Assembly: GCA_963806185.1 (NCBI GenBank)
Contig: CAWDXE010000006.1
Location: 1 to 64,000 of the forward strand
From: an uncultured candidate division Zixibacteria bacterium
GTDB taxonomy: Bacteria; Zixibacteria; MSB-5A5; GN15; FEB-12
Length of the DNA stretch: 64,000 nucleotides
Direction: 5' to 3'
Numbering within the stretch: the stretch's first letter is position 1; every line of letters begins with the position of its first letter. Below are positions 38,775 to 48,544 of this stretch, in pieces. Both the position numbers and the translations under genes were made by a program. The notes below the pieces were generated by a model. That model was not told the origin of the DNA. It made no database searches and was given only the letters and a program-made list of their open reading frames with translations.

Positions 38775-41153
38775 TTGGGCCCGGCATTTGTATTAATGCC
38801 ACCCGATTGTCTCGAAAAGGAGTGGCTTAAAAGGAGATTTCTCCATGGATTATCGCCGAATTTTCTCCAACATGGAAGCTTTCCCCCGATTCACGGTTTG
38901 TCCCGCATATTCACATTGTTAGTGCTTGGCGTCATCTGTGCCTCCACCGTGACGGCGGCGCCCAACTCGGTCGTCCTCACCTGGACGGCTCCGGGTGATG
39001 ACGGCAACACCGGCACGGCAACGACCTACGACATCCGGTATTCGACTGCGACGATCACCGCCGCCAACTGGGCCTCGGCGACGCAGGTCACCGGTGAAAC
39101 CGCGCCGAAGGTCGCGGGCAGTGCCGAGAGCTTTACCGTCAACAACCTCACCCCGAGCACGACATACTATTTCGCCATCAAGGCAGCCGATGAGGCCGGC
39201 AACTGGTCGACCCTCTCCAACATCATCACCAAGAGCACGACCGCCGAAACCACGCCGCCGTCGGCCGTCGCAAACCTGACCACCAACGCTTCTACCAACA
39301 GCTCCGTTTCCCTCACCTGGAGTTCACCGGGTGACGACGGCAGCTCCGGTACGGCGACTACCTACGACATCCGGTATTCGACTGCGACGATCACCGACGC
39401 CAACTGGGCGTCGGCGACTCAGGCAACCGGTGAGACGGCACCAAAGGTCAGCGGCAGCACGGAAACATTTGTAATCACCGGCCTGAACCCGAGTACCACC
39501 TATTATTTTGCTATCAAGACAGCTGACGAAGTGCCCAACTGGTCGGCTCTCTCCAACGTCACCAGCCGCGCTACTTCCGCCGAGTCCACAGCGCCGTCGG
39601 CCGTAGCCAATCTCGGCGCCGGCAGTGAAACGGTAAGTTCTGTTACGCTTACCTGGACCTCGCCTGGCGATGACGGCAACACCGGCACGGCGACCACGTA
39701 CGATGTCCGCTACTCGACAGCCTCGATCACTGCCGCCAACTTTGCCAGTGCCACCGCGGCGACTGGCGAACCGGCTCCTAAGGTGGCGGGCAGTGCCGAG
39801 ACATTTGTCGTCAGCGGCCTCAATTCGAATGCCCTGTACTACTTTGCCGTTAAGACGGCCGATGAAGTTCCGAACTGGTCCAGCATCTCCAACGTCGTCA
39901 CTCGCACGACGTTGACGGAAACGACTGCACCGTCGGCGGTGACCTCGCTGGCGACTGTCAGTGTGACGTCGAACGCCGTGACCCTTTCCTGGACAGCGCC
40001 GGGTGACGACGCCAGTACCGGTACGGCGACCACCTATGACCTTCGTTATTCTACGTCAAATATCACCGCCGGCAATTTTGCCAGTGCCACGCAGGTGACC
40101 GGCGAACCGGCGCCGAAGGCCGCCGGCGGTTCCGAGACCTTCACCGTCACCGGCCTTAGTATCAGTACGACGTATTACTTCGCGCTGAAGACGGCTGACG
40201 AGGTCCCCAACTGGTCGAGCATGTCCAATGTACCTTCAGCGACTACGCAGGGTGACGTCACTCCGCCGTCGCCGATTCTCGACCTTGGCGCGGTTGAGGG
40301 TACGGCCGCAGGTGAAGTGATCCTCGGTTGGACCGCTCCCGGCGATGACGGCAATACCGGCACGGCCCGTTTCTACCTGATAAAGTATGCCACCGACAGC
40401 ATCACGCCGGAGTCCTGGGTGACCGCGGACATTTTCAATGATCCGCCGTCCCCGGTACAGGCCGGCGAGCATCAGTCAGTCTCATTGTACGGTCTGGTGC
40501 CGGCGCAAAAGTATTATGTCGCGATGGAGGCGTATGACGAAAACGCCTATCCGTCAGGCATGTCAAACGTCGCGTCGGCCGTGGCCGGCGAGGGCATTGT
40601 AGCTAACTCTGACTCCGGCGAGATCAAGATGGTCTCGCCTGCGAATCAGGTGTTGCACAGTTCCCGCCCGATTCTGAAGATTGAGAATATCGACACGGCC
40701 AACACCAATGACTACACCTTTGCCGTGTCCGCCGATTCCACCTTTGAGTCGGTGGTGTCAATGGCCACTGTCGTCGAAGAACTCGGCAGCACAACGTGCT
40801 GGGAAGTGCCGGTTCGGTTGACTCCGAATCAGCTCTACTTCTGGCGGGTCGACGCCGAGCCGGGCGGCGCCAGTGCCATTGCCTCGTTCATGGTACAACC
40901 GACCACGCACGTTTACCCCAACCCCTACAAGGCGTCCACTGGGAGCTCGGCGACCTTCGCCGAGGTCCCCACTGGATCGCAGATAACGATCACCTCGGTC
41001 TCCGGCGAAACTGTACGGCAGTTCGCCAGCATCGAAAGCGATCAAGTGGCATGGGATGGATTAAACGACTCGGGCAGTCCGGTTGCGTCGGGTGTCTATC
41101 TCTGGTATCTCGATGGTGGCAGTGCCAAGGGGAAAATTGTCGTCACTCGCTGA
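38775..41153 (+). CDS. Secreted protein with five FN3 repeats and C-terminal PNPY/FlgD-like domain (start uncertain)
   Basis: W(T/S)(A/S)PGDD at 38982, 39318, 39654, 39990 and 40329 (~336-nt period); YPNPY...WDG...SGVY. Confidence 0.85.
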   Translation: MGPAFVLMPPDCLEKEWLKRRFLHGLSPNFLQHGSFPPIHGLSRIFTLLVLGVICASTVTAAPNSVVLTWTAPGDDGNTGTATTYDIRYSTATITAANWASATQVTGETAPKVAGSAESFTVNNLTPSTTYYFAIKAADEAGNWSTLSNIITKSTTAETTPPSAVANLTTNASTNSSVSLTWSSPGDDGSSGTATTYDIRYSTATITDANWASATQATGETAPKVSGSTETFVITGLNPSTTYYFAIKTADEVPNWSALSNVTSRATSAESTAPSAVANLGAGSETVSSVTLTWTSPGDDGNTGTATTYDVRYSTASITAANFASATAATGEPAPKVAGSAETFVVSGLNSNALYYFAVKTADEVPNWSSISNVVTRTTLTETTAPSAVTSLATVSVTSNAVTLSWTAPGDDASTGTATTYDLRYSTSNITAGNFASATQVTGEPAPKAAGGSETFTVTGLSISTTYYFALKTADEVPNWSSMSNVPSATTQGDVTPPSPILDLGAVEGTAAGEVILGWTAPGDDGNTGTARFYLIKYATDSITPESWVTADIFNDPPSPVQAGEHQSVSLYGLVPAQKYYVAMEAYDENAYPSGMSNVASAVAGEGIVANSDSGEIKMVSPANQVLHSSRPILKIENIDTANTNDYTFAVSADSTFESVVSMATVVEELGSTTCWEVPVRLTPNQLYFWRVDAEPGGASAIASFMVQPTTHVYPNPYKASTGSSATFAEVPTGSQITITSVSGETVRQFASIESDQVAWDGLNDSGSPVASGVYLWYLDGGSAKGKIVVTR

Positions 41154-41255
41154 TTCCAACATCTACGTAAGGCCAACGATTACTCGGTCGACCCTGTGGT
41201 CGCGTTTTTCTATTTGTGGGAAGGTCTGAATTCGGAACGGCAGACGCCATCCGCG

Positions 41256-42968
41256 CTATTTCCCCAATAACCGCTTCAACAACCCGAGCATCCTGGGTCC
41301 GGCTATAGTACGGATCGATTGACGTACCATTCCTTTGGCACGCAGCTTCCGCAAGCCGGGGGAGTCCTGAAGATCAATCTCTATGAGCTGGACGCCGCGC
41401 GCGGCGATAGCTTCCCGCAACATCGCCTTGAGACTACCCTCAGCCAGCCGATACCCTGCACCGACCGCTTCGCTGTGCAGTGAGAAATCAGGATTGGCCA
41501 GGGTCACGGCATGTTCCTGACCGAATTGGCCTACCTGTTGAAGTCGAATCAGCCCCAGATATCCATCGGTGAAAACGCAAACCAGCAGGGGAATCTGCTC
41601 GCGAACGGCCGTGACCAGCTCCATTGCCGACATCGCCATCCCGCCGTCGCCGATAATCACCACTACGGGACGGTCGGTTGCGGCTAGTTGTGCGCCGATT
41701 GCCGCCGGCAGAGCGAACCCCATCGACTGGAAATCGGTCGGGCAGATCATGCCGCGTGGCGACTTGACTGTGAAATGAGTGCGAGTCAATGCCTGATGAA
41801 AGCCGGAATCGGTAACAACGATCGCGTTATCCGGCAGCAATTCACGCAGGGTGGCAAAAAAGCCGGGCATATCGCCGGGGGTAGTCCCCCGAATCGACGG
41901 GGACGGGGCCAACAGAGCGAGTTGCTCTTCGTGCAGCCGCTGCTTGAATCTCGCAATTTCATCTGCTGTCCAACCCGTGGCGGCGCCAATCGCTTCAACC
42001 CGCGTCCCGATCGCCGCCAGCGTTTCGCCTGCATCCGCACATATCGTCATCGACGCCGTATAATTGGCGTTGAGGACGTCGCCGGCAGTGTCGACATGAA
42101 TCAACTTGTCCTGCGCGATGGAGAGCTCAAACCCGCCGGTACCGTTGTGAGTGAATTTACATCCCAGCACGACAATGAGGTCGGCTTCGGCCAGAATAGC
42201 GTTGATCGTCTTCCTTCCGCCCCAACTGAAATCATAATAGCAGCTCCGCGCGCCGTCTTCCGGAACTATCCCCCGCCCCGAACAGGTCGTCATCACGACG
42301 GCGTTTCGCTTGTCGGCGAGGGCGGCGACATGACTCGCGGCGTCGGCGGCGCCCTGCCCGCAGAAAAGCACCAGCTTCGTGGCACTGTTGATTCGTGTGA
42401 TTAGTGAATCGCACTCTGACGCCGACGGCTTCGGACGCACGTAGCCGGAGAGAGCCGTGATCTCCCTGCCCGAGCTCGCCGCAATAACCGAGCGCGATAT
42501 CTCCACGGTGACAGGGCCCGGTTCGCCGGAGAGGGCCTCCGTGTACCCGGAGACAATGGCGCCGACGAGATCGTCGACGCAGGTTACCTCGATGAATCGC
42601 TTAACGAGCGGCTGAAGCATCTCTCTCTGCTTGAGGGCCTGCAACTGAAATCTGCGGGTGGGATGTTCGTCCGCCTTGATCGTGATATGCAGTAAGGCCG
42701 CGGAATCGTGCCGCGCCTCGGCCAAAGCGGTGATCGCGTAGGTCAGACCGGGACCGGAGATGGTCATGAGCACGCCGACTTTGCCCGACGCACGATAGTA
42801 CCCGTTCGCCATGAAGCCGGCTGAAAGTTCATGCGTCGCGAGAACAAAGCGAAGTGAGGAGCGGCGCAATTCCTCGATCAACCCGACATTCTGCGTCCCG
42901 GGCAGACCGAACAGGGTCGTCACGCCCAGCTTTTCAAGCGTCCTGCAGACTATTGCCCCACCGGTCAT
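41256..42968 (-). CDS. Thiamine-diphosphate-dependent enzyme (acetolactate synthase-like)
   Basis: FGLPG, HELSAGFMA, SGPG, SMGFALPAAIG, GDGG. Confidence 0.88.
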   Translation of the reverse strand: MTGGAIVCRTLEKLGVTTLFGLPGTQNVGLIEELRRSSLRFVLATHELSAGFMANGYYRASGKVGVLMTISGPGLTYAITALAEARHDSAALLHITIKADEHPTRRFQLQALKQREMLQPLVKRFIEVTCVDDLVGAIVSGYTEALSGEPGPVTVEISRSVIAASSGREITALSGYVRPKPSASECDSLITRINSATKLVLFCGQGAADAASHVAALADKRNAVVMTTCSGRGIVPEDGARSCYYDFSWGGRKTINAILAEADLIVVLGCKFTHNGTGGFELSIAQDKLIHVDTAGDVLNANYTASMTICADAGETLAAIGTRVEAIGAATGWTADEIARFKQRLHEEQLALLAPSPSIRGTTPGDMPGFFATLRELLPDNAIVVTDSGFHQALTRTHFTVKSPRGMICPTDFQSMGFALPAAIGAQLAATDRPVVVIIGDGGMAMSAMELVTAVREQIPLLVCVFTDGYLGLIRLQQVGQFGQEHAVTLANPDFSLHSEAVGAGYRLAEGSLKAMLREAIAARGVQLIEIDLQDSPGLRKLRAKGMVRQSIRTIAGPRMLGLLKRLLGK

Positions 42969-42978
42969 GGTTGCACCT

Positions 42979-44025
42979 TCATCGTACTCGTTTCAGTAAT
43001 CGTCCCGCCAGAACCTTGCCTTTGTCGACGGCCATCTGTCCGCGATGCATCCAGCGGTAGGCAGCCGAATCGGGGCGGGAGAGCATTGAGTTCATCACCA
43101 GATCGCCGCCCAATTGCCCTTTGAACTTGCTGACCGGATTCGGAAAAGCATCGGTGAGGTCGTTTCCGGTGTGTCCGAGTTTTGCCAGCGCTTCGAACGA
43201 GCGCCACCGCAGGAACGGGTTCACGCCGATATTGAGAAACTCACCGTCGGCGGCGGCCGACACCGTGTGCGTGACCGGATGGCGGCCGGTCAACACCAAT
43301 TGCGACGCCACCGCGCGGCCATCGGGCATCCGCGCCTGAAACAGTTTGCAGGTTCCCTGCGCATAAAGCAGGCGGAAATACGATTCGTATTTTTCGCGAG
43401 GCAGATAAATATATGCCCCCTTGCGTTCGGCGGTGGAGGTGTGCATCGCGTAGTAACTGCCAAAGTCATCGTCATCGGTGAAAACGACACCCTTCTCGGT
43501 GGCCCGATTGATCAGTCGCCGGAGATTCTGCTCCACCCGTCCCCAGGCAACCTGCATGTCTGACAGGGACACGACGTAACTGTAGTCGGGGCTGATGCGC
43601 CAGTTGCGCAGGAAGAACGGTCGAAGATCGGTGACGGTGTGTCGATTGTGCAGCGACAGGCGGGCATATTTCTCACCGCTCAGTACCTCCTCAATCGCGG
43701 CCAACGCGGCAAACTGACGGTCGGTTCGTTCCGACGGATATTTTGTCGCATAGTCTTTGAGCACGAGGCCGTTATAATAAAGCAGCAAGCGATTGGCGAC
43801 AAACACTCCGGCAGGACTTGGCCGCTCGAACAGCGCCACGCCGCCTACCAGTTCGTCACCCTGAAAAGCACCCAGAAGCCGAAACGACCCGCCCGCCGTC
43901 CGACACAAAATGTCGAGATACTCCGGCGTGCTGTAGATACTCCCCGAAGGTGCCGCCGCCACCATGGTGTTCCAGTCGGCATATTCGGACTCGGTGAGGA
44001 AACGGGCGGTCGGCTTGGTGGCCAT
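42979..44025 (-). CDS. GNAT/FemAB-like acyltransferase
   Basis: SIYSTPEYL, NLRRLINRA, SKFKGQLGG. Confidence 0.75.
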   Translation of the reverse strand: MATKPTARFLTESEYADWNTMVAAAPSGSIYSTPEYLDILCRTAGGSFRLLGAFQGDELVGGVALFERPSPAGVFVANRLLLYYNGLVLKDYATKYPSERTDRQFAALAAIEEVLSGEKYARLSLHNRHTVTDLRPFFLRNWRISPDYSYVVSLSDMQVAWGRVEQNLRRLINRATEKGVVFTDDDDFGSYYAMHTSTAERKGAYIYLPREKYESYFRLLYAQGTCKLFQARMPDGRAVASQLVLTGRHPVTHTVSAAADGEFLNIGVNPFLRWRSFEALAKLGHTGNDLTDAFPNPVSKFKGQLGGDLVMNSMLSRPDSAAYRWMHRGQMAVDKGKVLAGRLLKRVR

Positions 44026-45222
44026 CTAAACGTTCTTCCCTACTATGGGCATTTGCGCCAGCTTATTGATCAGCACGGTGCCGATTTGGCAAAGCGACGG
44101 CAGTGGATCGTCGAGCCGAAACACGGCCGGCCGGGCCGACCACCACGACTTCGCCCAGGCGCCGGCCGACAACTGGTGTTCGCGATGCAGTTTGCGACAA
44201 GCCGGAAAATCATTCAGGAAGAAGGCCATACGGCGATCGACCACGTATTCGGTAATAGTTGAAATGTCCATCTCCAGTGCGTCGCGATAAGCCATTTGAG
44301 TCGTGTCTACACCGCACCAGGCCGCGAATTCGTTGTACCACCAAGGCCGAGTGTTCACTTCCAGAATCTTGTACAAATTGTCGCGTTCATCCCATTTGAA
44401 TTCCGCGGAAAACACACCCCGATACGGGACGGCGGCGAATATCTTGTCGAGCGAGTCTGACGCCTGTGCCAGTTTCTCAAGCGGAAGCGAAACCATGTAA
44501 GAACTGTCGCCAAAATCCGGCGGATATATACGCAATCGTCGACGGGCAAATTTCGCCCGGATATTGCCGCCGCGATCAATGAACCCGTCGATGAAATAGT
44601 GCCGGTCGGACGGACCGGGGATATACTTTTGCAGCACCACCGACAGCCCGGCGGCATCAATGTCACTCCATCGCGCCAGCGCATCCTCCCGGTTGTTCAC
44701 GCGAAACGCTTTCCGCTTGAAATGGCGGGCAAACGCCTGCGAATCGCGCGGCTTCAGAAATCCGTCCACGAATTGATCATCCGTCAGTTGTTTCAATGTC
44801 TCCGCCGAACTAATAATCACCGTGGTCGGATGAGGTACGTGCAACTTATCCAGAAGAATGGCAAAAGCACCCTTATCGTGGAATAACTCCACGGATGCAA
44901 GCGGCGGCAAACTGGTAGCAAAGCGTTCCTTAAACGAAACGTCGAGCTGCGCTACCGCACGAACGGCGTGATCAGAGCAGGGGATGAGCACCGCCCGCGC
45001 AATGGGCAATCCATCCAGAAACGAGGCCAGTTCCGACAAATCCTCGAGTTGGCCCAGGTGACGCGGCAGCGGCCGATAGTGGGTGGAGTGCGCTACAAAA
45101 TCGGTCGTGGGCAAAACACAGTGGGCCGTGATGCTCTGGCTGCTCAGACTGCGCAGTACGCCCAGGACGGTCATCCCCTGACCAATGACAAGAGCCGGTA
45201 TAGTATAATCGATTCGTTCCAT
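44026..45222 (-). CDS. ATP-grasp carboxylate-amine ligase (D-aspartate ligase-like)
   Basis: LIPCSD, DK, FLKP, QKYIPG, AEFKWDERD...LEVNTR. Confidence 0.8.
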   Translation of the reverse strand: MERIDYTIPALVIGQGMTVLGVLRSLSSQSITAHCVLPTTDFVAHSTHYRPLPRHLGQLEDLSELASFLDGLPIARAVLIPCSDHAVRAVAQLDVSFKERFATSLPPLASVELFHDKGAFAILLDKLHVPHPTTVIISSAETLKQLTDDQFVDGFLKPRDSQAFARHFKRKAFRVNNREDALARWSDIDAAGLSVVLQKYIPGPSDRHYFIDGFIDRGGNIRAKFARRRLRIYPPDFGDSSYMVSLPLEKLAQASDSLDKIFAAVPYRGVFSAEFKWDERDNLYKILEVNTRPWWYNEFAAWCGVDTTQMAYRDALEMDISTITEYVVDRRMAFFLNDFPACRKLHREHQLSAGAWAKSWWSARPAVFRLDDPLPSLCQIGTVLINKLAQMPIVGKNV

Positions 45223-45521
45223 CTCTTTTCGTCGGATGCCCGTTTCACGGTTTTGGCAAGCGGAAGCAATGCCGTCCAGACGCCTCTGTAGGCCGACGAT
45301 GCCTCCTTATATCACACATAGGCGACACCAAGGCAACGTTAATCTTGACGGAGATCAGCCGGCGGCTCTTCACCAAATTCGGCGATATAACTTTGCCGCT
45401 CACTGCAAATCCTGTTGCGATTTATACTATCGACCGATTTCTTGCGGCGGGTAACATCCGACACTGCCGATAACGGTGAAATGAGCGAAAAATGTATGCC
45501 GATTCTTGATTGCGAGCGTAA

Positions 45522-47021
45522 ATGAGCGACACCCAGGTCAGCGCCAAAGTGCTGTCTTCCGGTATTCGATGGAGCGGCCTCGGCACGATCAGTCGAGCGG
45601 CTGTCCGCACCGTCATCTCCATCATCATGGCTCGTCTGCTGGCGCCGGCGGATTTCGGCCTGTTCGCCATGGCCTCGGTGATCACCGGCTTTCTTTCTAT
45701 CTTTCAGTATTTGGGAACCAGCGGTGTCATCGTCCAAAAAAAGGATCTCTCCCCGCACATCATTCACAGTCTCTTCTTTCTGAACACCGTCTTCGGCTTC
45801 GTCTTGTCGGTCGGACTGGCGCTCAGCGGTCCGCTGATCGGAAGATTATACGGCAACCCGGATGTCGGCCCGATCATTCAGGTCATCTCCGTCACCATCT
45901 TTCTTGCCTCACTCGGCGCCATTCCATCGTCGCTGCTCAATCGCAACATGCGCTTCGACAAGATTGCGCGCGTCGGTGTCTACTCCTCGATCGTCCAGGG
46001 AGTCGTGGCCATTAGCATGGCCTACTCCGGATTTGGTGTCTGGTCGCTGGTGGTAGCGAACATGATTGCCACCGCTACCGACACGATCCAAACGTGGTAC
46101 TACTCCGGCTGGAAACCGCGTCTTCAGTTTGTCTGGAAAGAGGTCAAGCCGCTCATGGGCTTTTGCCTGAGTATGACGGGGACTAACGTCGTCACCTACT
46201 TCACGTCGGACACCGATAAGTTTATAGTGGGAAAGTGGTTAGGGGCGATCAATCTCGGCTTGTACACCATGGCCTACCGCCTCACCCTGCAGCCGCTCGA
46301 CTTCATATATCCGGTGCTCACCAAGGTGCTCTTCCCGGCTTACTCACGCATGCAGGATGATGAAACCCAGGTCCAACGCGTCTACCTTCGCGCCTGCGGT
46401 GGTATCGCCTTCATCACCTTTCCCCTGATGATGGGAGTGGCCATTCTCGCCAAGCCATTTGTTCTCGTGGTACTCGGGGCAAAATGGGAGGCCGCTATCC
46501 CGCTCATCATCTGGATGGCCCCGATCGGCATGATGCTGTCCACCGTTACCCCCACCAACGGCGTCTTTCTCTCGCACGGCCGCGCCGATTACCAGTTCTG
46601 GCTGTCGATTATTACTGGCGGCATCATGATCGGTTCGTTTATTGCGGCTACTCAATGGGGGCTCAAAGCCGTGGTTCTCACCTACGCCGCCATTGCCGTC
46701 CCCCTTGTCTGGGTAAAATTCTGGCTTGCCGCACGGCTCTTGCATTTCTCCCCCTTCAAGCTCATTCACACCCTGCGGCCATACTTCGTTTGTGGTGCGA
46801 CCATGGTCGCCGCTCTGATCGTGGCCAGGTACCTTTCGAAGCTCGTAGACCTACCGGGCTGGCTTGAGCTCGGCTTCATGATTCTGATCGGGGCGATTGT
46901 GTATATCGCCGCCGTGCTGGTCGTCCGTCCACCTGCCCTCAAAGATTTTGTACAAATTCTCCCTACAGGCGTGAGGCGCCTCCTGCCCAAAAAGGTGACT
47001 GAGGAAGAGGCCGACGAGTAA
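45522..47021 (+). CDS. wzx: Polysaccharide flippase (Wzx, PST family)
   Basis: ARLLAPADFG, GFGVWSLV, LGLYTMAY, VLFPAYSR; many TM segments. Confidence 0.9.
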   Translation: MSDTQVSAKVLSSGIRWSGLGTISRAAVRTVISIIMARLLAPADFGLFAMASVITGFLSIFQYLGTSGVIVQKKDLSPHIIHSLFFLNTVFGFVLSVGLALSGPLIGRLYGNPDVGPIIQVISVTIFLASLGAIPSSLLNRNMRFDKIARVGVYSSIVQGVVAISMAYSGFGVWSLVVANMIATATDTIQTWYYSGWKPRLQFVWKEVKPLMGFCLSMTGTNVVTYFTSDTDKFIVGKWLGAINLGLYTMAYRLTLQPLDFIYPVLTKVLFPAYSRMQDDETQVQRVYLRACGGIAFITFPLMMGVAILAKPFVLVVLGAKWEAAIPLIIWMAPIGMMLSTVTPTNGVFLSHGRADYQFWLSIITGGIMIGSFIAATQWGLKAVVLTYAAIAVPLVWVKFWLAARLLHFSPFKLIHTLRPYFVCGATMVAALIVARYLSKLVDLPGWLELGFMILIGAIVYIAAVLVVRPPALKDFVQILPTGVRRLLPKKVTEEEADE

Positions 47022-47161
47022 TCTATCGCACTCTCCGTGTGCGCCCCGATCAGTCAATTTCCTGCAAGCTGGTGCATCGACTAACTCAGACTCTGAGTGT
47101 GAGACCGATTAGTGTCGGTCTCGTAGCCGGTTAGCCAAGGTCAATTCGGGCGTGCGGTCGG

Positions 47162-47198
47162 TATACGATTTGCGTCGTTCCCCGCAATCGTATATAAT
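47162..47198 (+). promoter_or_regulatory. Sigma70 promoter overlapped by an inverted repeat
   Basis: TTGCGT-N17-TATAAT (47170-47198) within TATACGAT(T)TGCG...CGCAATCGTATA. Confidence 0.65.
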
Positions 47199-47454
47199 GC
47201 TTAGGCATACATTCCTTGAGGAGTGCGGCTGGACTTCCGGCTTGGATTTTGGAGCGGGAACCGGCCAGTCGTCAGCGAGCTCCGTCATTTGTTACGACCG
47301 ACGGCATACCTTCTCGGGATTTTCGGACGATTCTGCTTCTTGATCAACCATCAGGGAGCAATCGCCATCGGCTCTACGTTTCTAAGGTGGCGGGACATCT
47401 GGCCGATAATTGCCGTAAGTAGATGGCTTACCTAACGGAAGGACTTACCAACCT

Positions 47455-48519
47455 ATGAAGATTCTTGTCACGGGGCATCTCGGATATATTGGCGCGGCCA
47501 TGGTACCCATGCTCCAGGCAGCCGGCCACGAAGTTATCGGTTATGACGCCGACTACTACAACACCTCCACGTTTGGCCCGGAATTTCGACGTATCCCTTT
47601 TATTCACAAGGACATCCGCGACGCCCAGGTAAGTGATATGCACGGCATCGACGCCGTCATTCATCTGGCGGCCCTTTCCAACGACCCGCTGGGCGACCTG
47701 AATCGGTCGCTCACCTTTGATATCAACCATCTTGGCACCGTTCATCTGGCCGAGGTCGCCCGCGAGGCCGGCGTTACGCGGTTCCTCTTCTCCTCGTCCT
47801 GCTCAAACTACGGCGCTGCCGGTGATGAATTGTTGACCGAGGAGGCTGCTCTTAACCCGGTGACCGCTTACGGCGAGTCCAAGGTCCGAGCAGAGCAGGA
47901 TCTGGCTAAACTGGCCACGGACAAATTCGCCCCTGTGTTTATGCGCAGCGCCACCGCCTACGGTCTTTCGTCGCGACTCCGCTTCGACGTCGTACTGAAT
48001 AATCTCACCGCCTGGGCGGTAGCCTCCGGAAAAATCTACATAAAATCCGACGGCACCCCCTGGCGACCGATTGTCCATATCGAAGACATCACCCGCGCCT
48101 TCCTGGCGGCTCTCACCGCCCCCCGGGAATTGGTCGTCGGTCAGGCATTTAATGTCGGACGGACGCAGGAGAATTACCGGATACGCGATATCGCCGAAAT
48201 CGTCCGTCAGACCGTCCCGAGTACCGAAGTTGCGTATGCTCCCGATGGCGGTCCGGACAAACGATGCTACCGGGTTGACTGCTCCAGGATTGCGAAAGTC
48301 CTCCCTGCTTTCCAACCGCAATGGACCGCCCGCTCCGGCGCCGAACAGTTGTATAAAGCGTATGTCGCCAACGGACTGAAGCTCGAGGAATTCGAGGGGC
48401 CCCGCTACCGGCGTATCGATCAGATCAAGCAGATGCTGGCAAGCGGCCGGTTGGATCAATCGCTCCGCTGGACCTCCGGCTATGCCGAGTCCTCGACCCT
48501 CAACGTGAAGAACGGCTGA
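47455..48519 (+). CDS. NAD-dependent nucleotide-sugar epimerase/dehydratase
   Basis: TGHLGYIG, HLAALSNDP, SSCSNYG, YGESK. Confidence 0.9.
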   Translation: MKILVTGHLGYIGAAMVPMLQAAGHEVIGYDADYYNTSTFGPEFRRIPFIHKDIRDAQVSDMHGIDAVIHLAALSNDPLGDLNRSLTFDINHLGTVHLAEVAREAGVTRFLFSSSCSNYGAAGDELLTEEAALNPVTAYGESKVRAEQDLAKLATDKFAPVFMRSATAYGLSSRLRFDVVLNNLTAWAVASGKIYIKSDGTPWRPIVHIEDITRAFLAALTAPRELVVGQAFNVGRTQENYRIRDIAEIVRQTVPSTEVAYAPDGGPDKRCYRVDCSRIAKVLPAFQPQWTARSGAEQLYKAYVANGLKLEEFEGPRYRRIDQIKQMLASGRLDQSLRWTSGYAESSTLNVKNG

Positions 48520-48544
48520 CACCGAAACCGGCAAAGGAGACTGC

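Noticed and set aside
38982..40560. FN3 DNA repeats as a DGR template/variable pair
   Set aside because: In-frame domain repeats, no evident adenine-specific variation, and no reverse transcriptase in the window.
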